Virus record (IMG/VR): IMGVR_UViG_3300032271_000682 | Span: 1-64,000 of that record | Strand: one strand, 5' to 3' | Source of the DNA: a virus | Length of the DNA: 64,000 bases | In this document: positions 58,228 to 64,000 of the stretch, one piece after another | Position numbering within the stretch: the stretch's first letter is position 1 | How the letters are laid out: every line of letters begins with the position of its first letter | The notes under the pieces: generated by a model | Told to the model about the DNA's origin: nothing | Database searches by the model: none | Seen by the model: only the letters and a program-made list of their open reading frames with translations | Program-made: the position numbers and the translations under genes

Positions 58228-58578
58228 ATGTCAGATCAACGAGAAATAGCACTAGCTGAAAATAGACGTAGAATTATTTTTGGAGCAAATAGAATGTACT
58301 GGCTAACATCGTTGATTTGGCATGATTATACATTTAATTTTGCCGTTCAGATTAAGTACAATCATATATTAAAAAATACTGACGAGTTAGAGTTGTCCAC
58401 ATTACTTGACGATATATCAATTACTGTGTTACAATATGACTTGTCTACACTAATAATGATCAGTGATACTCTTTATGATAAGATCGCTGAATATTATACC
58501 ACTCACGATATTCAAATTGATATTGTGAATTTAAATCAACCGGTACTTAGTACCACTTATACTAGCAAACCGCTATAG
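58228..58578 (+). CDS. Hypothetical protein, possibly a degenerate QueD/PTPS-like T-fold protein
   Basis: Pattern H..xFxFxVxI...MISD.LY..I...Y....I.IDI recalls phage QueD-like proteins, but the metal-binding His residues are missing. Confidence 0.35.
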   Translation: MSDQREIALAENRRRIIFGANRMYWLTSLIWHDYTFNFAVQIKYNHILKNTDELELSTLLDDISITVLQYDLSTLIMISDTLYDKIAEYYTTHDIQIDIVNLNQPVLSTTYTSKPL

Positions 58579-58590
58579 TAGGAAATTATC

Positions 58591-58827
58591 ATGGCAAAAG
58601 TACAAATTCAATCCAATCCTCGTGTTAAACAAATCTTTGATGATTTGAATAAGTTCAAGGACTTCTGTGTAGAGTATGGATATAAATTTGATGAATCATG
58701 CTTATACAATATGCGTAATTATGCATATCAACAGTATAGCAAATTCATCGCTCAGAAAAACTTTAAAAATCAATGGGCAGAAGACGGCAAACGTTTTGCT
58801 CAAATTGCTGAACGATATCAGTCATGA
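58591..58827 (+). CDS. Hypothetical protein
   Basis: SD agga; 78 aa. Confidence 0.65.
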   Translation: MAKVQIQSNPRVKQIFDDLNKFKDFCVEYGYKFDESCLYNMRNYAYQQYSKFIAQKNFKNQWAEDGKRFAQIAERYQS

Positions 58828-58976
58828 AATCATTAGTCTATTTTATGTTTATCATTCTTTGGCTTTGCGGTATCGTTATTGCCAAAGGTTTCTGGTCAAC
58901 GTTCTTCGCGTTAGTGTTTCCATTCTGGGGATATTATCTTGTCGCTGAACAACTGGTACACAAATACTTATTATGA
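58824..58976 (+). CDS. Small membrane protein (50 aa; missing from the ORF track)
   Basis: ATGA overlaps at both ends; MKSLVYFMFIILWLCGIVIAKGFWSTFFALVFPFWGYYLVAEQLVHKYLL. Confidence 0.7.
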   Translation: MKSLVYFMFIILWLCGIVIAKGFWSTFFALVFPFWGYYLVAEQLVHKYLL

Positions 58977-59992
58977 ACAAACGAATCGGGTTTGCATGTA
59001 AATGGATTGATACTCCAGATCAAACTGACGGTATCAAACCAAAAGACAATGCTCGTCAATACACGACAGGTACTACAACAGTAGCTTGGCTTTCACGTCA
59101 AACTCGTGACGTTGCTGAACAACGTCTGTGGGACTTAATGGTAGGTAACATCGAGGCAACACGCAAACTAGTAGAAAAGGTAGGAACACTAAATGAACGA
59201 TTACGTATGGTACGTCTTAGTAGCGATATCTTGCCCGTTTATACTCATTGCGATTGGAGTTATTTCTGGGCTAGGAGTGACGTTATTACGTACTGCGAAA
59301 AGCACTTTAGATCGATTGGAGATAGTGCTATCGCTCGTGGGGTTAGGCTTAGTTTTCATCCAGGTCAGTTTACTGTTCTGGCTAGTGCTAACGACAACAT
59401 TGTAGAAAACTCAATAAAGGAATTTGAATATCATGCAGACATGGCTAGATGGATGGGCTACGGAAAAAGTTTTCAAGACTTCAAAATCAACGTTCACATT
59501 TCCGGCAAACGCGGCCCGCAAGGTATCCGTGAAGTATTGGGCAGATTGTCATCAGAAGCTCGTAACTGTATCACGTTAGAGAATGAGGAGTGCGCTTGGG
59601 GTTTAGATGATTGTCTCAGTCTTAGCGATGTTGTCCCCACTGTATTAGATATACATCACAACTGGATAAAAACAGGTGAATACATTGATACAAATAGTGA
59701 CAGTGTTAAACGAGTTATAGATAGCTGGAGGGGCATACGTCCTACTATGCACTACTCAGTCAGCCGCGAAGATGTTCTAGCGGATCATTGTAAAAAAACA
59801 TTGCCTGATCGTGATCTCTTAATCAAGAATGGTAGCAACAAGCAGAAATTACGTGCTCATTCGGACTTCTATTGGAATACCGCGGTAAGTGATTGGGCGT
59901 TATCGTTCAATGACAACTTTGATATCATGTGTGAATCAAAAGGAAAAAATCTTGCCTCATTTGAATTATATGAACGAACTAAAAACGTCTGA
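58973..59992 (+). CDS. uvsE: UV damage repair endonuclease
   Basis: RIGFAC, RLSSD, RLSFHPGQF, NVH, ITLENE, VLDIHH, MHYS, LRAHSD, MCESK.K. Confidence 0.92.
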   Translation: MNKRIGFACKWIDTPDQTDGIKPKDNARQYTTGTTTVAWLSRQTRDVAEQRLWDLMVGNIEATRKLVEKVGTLNERLRMVRLSSDILPVYTHCDWSYFWARSDVITYCEKHFRSIGDSAIARGVRLSFHPGQFTVLASANDNIVENSIKEFEYHADMARWMGYGKSFQDFKINVHISGKRGPQGIREVLGRLSSEARNCITLENEECAWGLDDCLSLSDVVPTVLDIHHNWIKTGEYIDTNSDSVKRVIDSWRGIRPTMHYSVSREDVLADHCKKTLPDRDLLIKNGSNKQKLRAHSDFYWNTAVSDWALSFNDNFDIMCESKGKNLASFELYERTKNV

Positions 59993-60224
59993 TTTTAATT
60001 TACCTATTAGTCCATTCTTAGATAATGCTACTAATTGGTATCTTAGTAGTCATACTAATTGTTATGATGATCATGACTTTCTTTATTCTAAGTATAAAGA
60101 TTGGATGAGTGAACAAGGAGTTGTCATTAAAAATCGTGATCTGAGAAATAAAGATAATTATCCTTTTTTAGATTTCGTAGACGAGCAATCAATGATTATC
60201 TTTATTCTACGATGGGGAAATTAA
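59970..60224 (+). CDS. Hypothetical protein ending in FILRWG
   Basis: Likely start ATG 59970; C-terminal LDF.DE...IFILRW. Confidence 0.6.
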   Translation: MNELKTSDFNLPISPFLDNATNWYLSSHTNCYDDHDFLYSKYKDWMSEQGVVIKNRDLRNKDNYPFLDFVDEQSMIIFILRWGN

Positions 60225-60255
60225 GCAAACACAATGTTAATCTATAAATATAACT

Positions 60256-60729
60256 ATGTTAAATAAACTTAAAAGTCTCTTTCAAAAATCAGTTTCTATT
60301 CCAGAAATAGTCCCAGATGTAGTAGTAGAATCTCCAAAGGAAAAGAAACCTAGAAAACCCAGAAAACCTAAAGAAATTACTGTTCCAGTAAAAACAGAAA
60401 AAGAATTAGCAACTGAAATGGGCGAACCATATATATCTATTTTAAAAATAGATATAGACCCAAATAATATCAATGCCGGATCATTTGAGTTAGATTGGAA
60501 TTCTAAGTTTGCAGCCAATTTGGCTCGTGCTGGATATCAAATGAAACCGGGTGAATCCGAGGATGTTATAGTCGATAGATGGTTTAAAGAAATTTGCCGT
60601 AATATCGTATTGGAAATGTACGAACAAGATCAGGCGGATCCAGAAAATAGAGAAGTGGATATGCTCAAAGAAGAACTTCGTCATATTCGTTCTAAAGATA
60701 TTGGAAATGGCCGAACTGAAATAAGCTAA
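60256..60729 (+). CDS. Hypothetical protein (late, leaderless)
   Basis: TATAAATA 5 nt upstream; GSFELDWN..F...L.RAGY. Confidence 0.65.
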   Translation: MLNKLKSLFQKSVSIPEIVPDVVVESPKEKKPRKPRKPKEITVPVKTEKELATEMGEPYISILKIDIDPNNINAGSFELDWNSKFAANLARAGYQMKPGESEDVIVDRWFKEICRNIVLEMYEQDQADPENREVDMLKEELRHIRSKDIGNGRTEIS

Positions 60730-60743
60730 TCTATCCAAATTCA

Positions 60744-60772
60744 TTGACAATAATGCTTTTTTATTCTATAAT
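60744..60772 (+). promoter_or_regulatory. sigma70 promoter
   Basis: Perfect TTGACA-17-TATAAT. Confidence 0.85.
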
Positions 60773-60803
60773 ATACATATATTATAGATAAATAAGAGCC
60801 ACA

Positions 60804-61826
60804 ATGAAATATATTTTGATCGATACTGCTAATTTGTTCTTTAAATCACGTCACTTTGCTAGTCGTGGCAGCGATGATTGGGAAAAGATCGGCATGGCTT
60901 TACATCTTACACTTTCTGGTGTTCAAAGTATAGTCAGACGTTTTGTAGGAACTGAACCATGTCACGTTATCTTTGCACTAGAGGGTCGTTCATGGCGTAA
61001 AGACTTTTATACTCCGTACAAAGCAAATCGTGCCGTTAAGCGTGCAGCTCTGACTGAAAAAGAAGTTGAGCAAGATCAAATGTTCTGGGATACTTATGAC
61101 ACATTTACCAAATTTCTTGACGAAAAAACAAATGTATCAGTATTACGATGCCCTACTGCCGAGGCAGATGACATTATTGCACGCTTTGTTCAAACTCATC
61201 CAGATGATGAGCATTTCATTATTAGCAGTGATGGTGACTTTGCTCAACTGATTGCATCTAATGTTAAACAATATAATTCAATGGCTGGTCATTTGATCAC
61301 GCTTGAAGGATTCTATGATGACAAGGGTAAAGAAGTTAAAGATAAGAAAACCAAAGAGCATAAGAAACTAGAAGAACCACAGTATTTACTTTTTGAAAAG
61401 TGTATGCGTGGTGATACTAGTGACAATGTATTTTCTGCTTATCCGGGTGTTAGAACTAAGGGTACAAAGAAGTCAATTGGTCTAATCGATGCCTATGCTG
61501 ATCGTGAACGTAAAGGATTCAACTGGAATAACATGATGCTACAGCGTTGGGTTGATCATAATGGCGTTGAGCATCGTGTAACAGATGACTATCAACGTAA
61601 CGTCACATTATGTGATCTTACTGCTCAACCACAAGAAATTAAAGATGCGGTCGATCAATGTATTCAGGATCAAATCAGAGTAGTTCCTAAGACTGGAGTT
61701 GGAATGAATTTGATGAAATTCGTAGCAAAATACGAACTGACTAAAATCAGTGAACAGGTCGAACAGTATGCTCGGTGGATGAATGCCACTTATGATGGCC
61801 CACTTAAGGAAAAAACGAATGAGTGA
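60804..61826 (+). CDS. rnh: T4 RNase H-like 5'-3' exonuclease / flap endonuclease
   Basis: ILIDTAN, WRK..Y..YKANR, EADDIIA, SSDGDF.QL, GDTSDNV. Confidence 0.9.
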   Translation: MKYILIDTANLFFKSRHFASRGSDDWEKIGMALHLTLSGVQSIVRRFVGTEPCHVIFALEGRSWRKDFYTPYKANRAVKRAALTEKEVEQDQMFWDTYDTFTKFLDEKTNVSVLRCPTAEADDIIARFVQTHPDDEHFIISSDGDFAQLIASNVKQYNSMAGHLITLEGFYDDKGKEVKDKKTKEHKKLEEPQYLLFEKCMRGDTSDNVFSAYPGVRTKGTKKSIGLIDAYADRERKGFNWNNMMLQRWVDHNGVEHRVTDDYQRNVTLCDLTAQPQEIKDAVDQCIQDQIRVVPKTGVGMNLMKFVAKYELTKISEQVEQYARWMNATYDGPLKEKTNE

Positions 61827-61974
61827 CAAAGAAGAAATTGAATTAGAATTCACAGATGAAGAGCTATTAACATACATGAAAATGGCTCATAAATTGGATA
61901 TTACATTCAACGAACTTATTGAACGAGCAATAAAATCAATGATTGAAAATTATAAACCAGAGGACAAATCATGA
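61819..61974 (+). CDS. Small hypothetical protein
   Basis: SD aagga before ATG 61819; AHKLDITFNELIERAI. Confidence 0.6.
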   Translation: MSDKEEIELEFTDEELLTYMKMAHKLDITFNELIERAIKSMIENYKPEDKS

Positions 61975-62417
61975 ATCTAATAGCAAAAACAATTGTAAAG
62001 AATCAGCTTTGGGTTATCACAGACGGTAATCGTAAAATTGGTAACGTTGAGGCAGATCAAACTGGATATTGTGTCAAAATCGGTGGTGACACTAGACACT
62101 ATGCTGACACAAAATCAATTGAGCAGATTTTTAAAGTTGAATTTGATATTCCTAAAAAAATAGCAAAAACAGAAGAACTTCCATATGCTCGTTGGCCAAC
62201 TGAGGGTAAAACCTATAACAATTTCTATGATATAAAACGTAAATTACACGTTTATACAAAAACTCCAAAAAGTCTTTGCTATCACTGTGCTGGATATTTT
62301 CGTATCAATATGAATGGAACATGGGAAACTATTTTTTGTCCTAAGTATATTTTCGTTCAACGATATGAAAATAGTGGGCCATTTAATTCTGAGATAGAAG
62401 CTTCGCTAACTAAATAG
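61971..62417 (+). CDS. Hypothetical protein
   Basis: Coupled ORF with SD agga. Confidence 0.65.
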   Translation: MNLIAKTIVKNQLWVITDGNRKIGNVEADQTGYCVKIGGDTRHYADTKSIEQIFKVEFDIPKKIAKTEELPYARWPTEGKTYNNFYDIKRKLHVYTKTPKSLCYHCAGYFRINMNGTWETIFCPKYIFVQRYENSGPFNSEIEASLTK

Positions 62418-62421
62418 TAAT

Positions 62422-62616
62422 ATGGTAAACATTAAACGTTTTATAGATCGTGTAAGTAGTATGGATCAAAGTCCAGGTAAAAATCTTGTCTTGCCGGCAC
62501 AAGAGGCTAGACAATTACGTGATGAAATTGTCAAATTATTGGCTGATAAATTAGAAGCATATCAAACTGCTCCACAAGAGACAATTCAAATTGAACTTGG
62601 TGGCGGTAAGTTTTAA
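62422..62616 (+). CDS. Hypothetical protein (late, leaderless)
   Basis: ACTAAATA 5 nt upstream; ends GGGKF. Confidence 0.6.
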   Translation: MVNIKRFIDRVSSMDQSPGKNLVLPAQEARQLRDEIVKLLADKLEAYQTAPQETIQIELGGGKF

Positions 62617-62906
62617 TGTCTAGAACACAACCAAAAATACTATTAGAAATAGTAGACAAACAAACTTACAAGATTGATCAAGTGGTCGAGGCTAATGGTA
62701 TCTGGGCTGTATTTTATTTAGATCAACCAATCAATCTTAAGAATCAACACTACTTGGATAGTAATTCGGTTCCTAAATACAAAAAGACTAGTTTTTCAAA
62801 TCCAGGACATGCCAGAAATCTATGTCGTAAATTGAATAGTCAATTTAAAACTGATAAGTTTAGTGTAGTATTCTTGAATCAGGGTCAAAAAGTTTATCCA
62901 GATTAA
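62616..62906 (+). CDS. Hypothetical protein
   Basis: Coupled ORF; PKYKKTSFSNPGHA. Confidence 0.65.
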   Translation: MSRTQPKILLEIVDKQTYKIDQVVEANGIWAVFYLDQPINLKNQHYLDSNSVPKYKKTSFSNPGHARNLCRKLNSQFKTDKFSVVFLNQGQKVYPD

Positions 62907-62915
62907 TGAGATATC

Positions 62916-63350
62916 ATGATAACGTTCGTCACTGATAAAAAAACAATAATTAACGCAGTATTATTGTTATTACCTACAGATGAAATAGAAATGTTAGATA
63001 GTGCTATGAAAACATGGTGGACTAATATTAGACGAACAGAAGGATTGGGATTGACTGGTGGACTAGGGCTAACTGAGCATGGCGATAAGATGTTTCAGCT
63101 TGCCAGGTTAGAAAGTTACGATTTTGAAATTATCCCTGACCCTAAGATTGGTCTTTTATTCATGACTATAATGATAAATCGAGAACTTACTTGTCCTCAT
63201 TTCATGTATTATGAAAACAAAAAAAGATATATTCGAATTTATGATAGTAGAATAGCAATGATAATAGCATTAGAGGGTAGCGTAAATGATTACTTATCAA
63301 AGTTAGTAAGTAGAAAAAAGGAGATCAATAATGACCGAACCAAAGCGTAA
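62916..63350 (+). CDS. Hypothetical protein
   Basis: 144-aa ORF; WW.N.R...GL.LT..G. Confidence 0.6.
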   Translation: MITFVTDKKTIINAVLLLLPTDEIEMLDSAMKTWWTNIRRTEGLGLTGGLGLTEHGDKMFQLARLESYDFEIIPDPKIGLLFMTIMINRELTCPHFMYYENKKRYIRIYDSRIAMIIALEGSVNDYLSKLVSRKKEINNDRTKA

Positions 63351-63516
63351 TCCAAATCCATTTATTAGAGCAGCAATGGAAGCAAAGAATATCAGAGAAC
63401 AAAAGTTTAATATTTCTGGAGTTCAAGACAAAGCAGAACAAGTTGGCAAAGTAGTAAAAATGTCTTCAGTTCCAAAAGCAGCAAAAGTAATGCGTAAAGC
63501 AGGGCGTGGTAGATAA
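63331..63516 (+). CDS. Small basic protein
   Basis: SD aaggag; ends RKAGRGR. Confidence 0.6.
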   Translation: MTEPKRNPNPFIRAAMEAKNIREQKFNISGVQDKAEQVGKVVKMSSVPKAAKVMRKAGRGR

Positions 63517-63623
63517 TATATATTTATATTATGTTGCTATACAGCATAAGTAAGATTGAAGAACACAATTTTTCAATCATAATTTAAGAATTACAATTTC
63601 TTAAACACACACAGGAGAAAATT

Positions 63624-63788
63624 ATGAAAATGTACACGATGTTACAAAGACTTGCGGAAATGTTTCCAAAGCAAGATTATCACACTAGACTAGAAAGATA
63701 TCTAGAATCAAAAAATGTTAAATCTATATCAGATATAGAGCATTGGGCAAAACAATTTGAACAAAATTCTGATAGAGGATTAGCATAA
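63624..63788 (+). CDS. Small protein, DUF3563-like (54 aa; missing from the ORF track)
   Basis: SD aggaga; RLERYLESKNVKSISDIEHWAKQFE. Confidence 0.6.
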   Translation: MKMYTMLQRLAEMFPKQDYHTRLERYLESKNVKSISDIEHWAKQFEQNSDRGLA

Positions 63789-63934
63789 TGAAATCATTAA
63801 TTAAAAAAATAGCAGTATCTATCTACTCATTTTTTGAGCATATCGGACAAGCTAGAGCGGCAGGAATACTTGCTAGATCAGGTAACTTCGAAGCAGCTAA
63901 AGCAGTAATGATGTCAGACAAGAAACCAGCTTAA
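63788..63934 (+). CDS. Small hypothetical protein (48 aa; missing from the ORF track)
   Basis: TAATG coupling; MKSLIKKIAVYLYSFFEHIGQARAAGILARSGNFEAAKAVMMSDKKPA. Confidence 0.6.
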   Translation: MKSLIKKIAVSIYSFFEHIGQARAAGILARSGNFEAAKAVMMSDKKPA

Positions 63935-64000
63935 CCAAATTACTTGTAATCTAATAAATTATAAAGTATAATAGTACTACAGTAGAGATACTGTTTTGAC

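Noticed and set aside
58676-58948. 90-aa ORF in the track
   Set aside because: Overlaps two better-supported coupled genes (58591-58827 and 58824-58976) in another frame.
1-64000. Stop-codon reassignment as in some large phages
   Set aside because: Standard code gives long intact ORFs with near-complete coding density, and TAA, TAG and TGA all terminate genes.

Overview
AT-rich, densely coding 64-kb segment of a large T4-like (myovirus-type, probably jumbo) bacteriophage genome using the standard genetic code. The host is probably proteobacterial, judged from consensus sigma70 promoters and an ANDENWALAA tmRNA tag. Order of modules: (1) late baseplate/tail module, ~1-22.5 kb, with gp25-like and gp6-like genes, a 4013-aa FG-GAP/CBM structural protein and fibre proteins; (2) late glycosyltransferase / radical-SAM / hydroxylase / methyltransferase cluster, ~22.5-35.7 kb; (3) two kinase paralogs, a truncated Nudix and an ABC-ATPase-GNAT fusion; (4) a circularly permuted two-piece tmRNA whose 141-nt intervening segment carries an ORF; (5) an early-gene cassette array with repeated sigma70 promoters and palindromic operators, then MoxR-AAA/vWA, thyX, an epimerase and a secreted nuclease; (6) genes with T4-CTS-like leaders, including an 1121-aa apparent polyprotein of small domains (RMF-like, RyR-like, Cys-rich) joined by Glu-ended linkers, then Dps; (7) replication/repair genes (DsbA-like, PolB, clamp, UvsE, RNase H). 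The strongest novelty candidates are the ORF-bearing permuted tmRNA (possible self-tagging circuit), the head-targeted cassette polyprotein system and widespread leaderless late transcripts. All family assignments come from motif recognition by eye; no searches were run.
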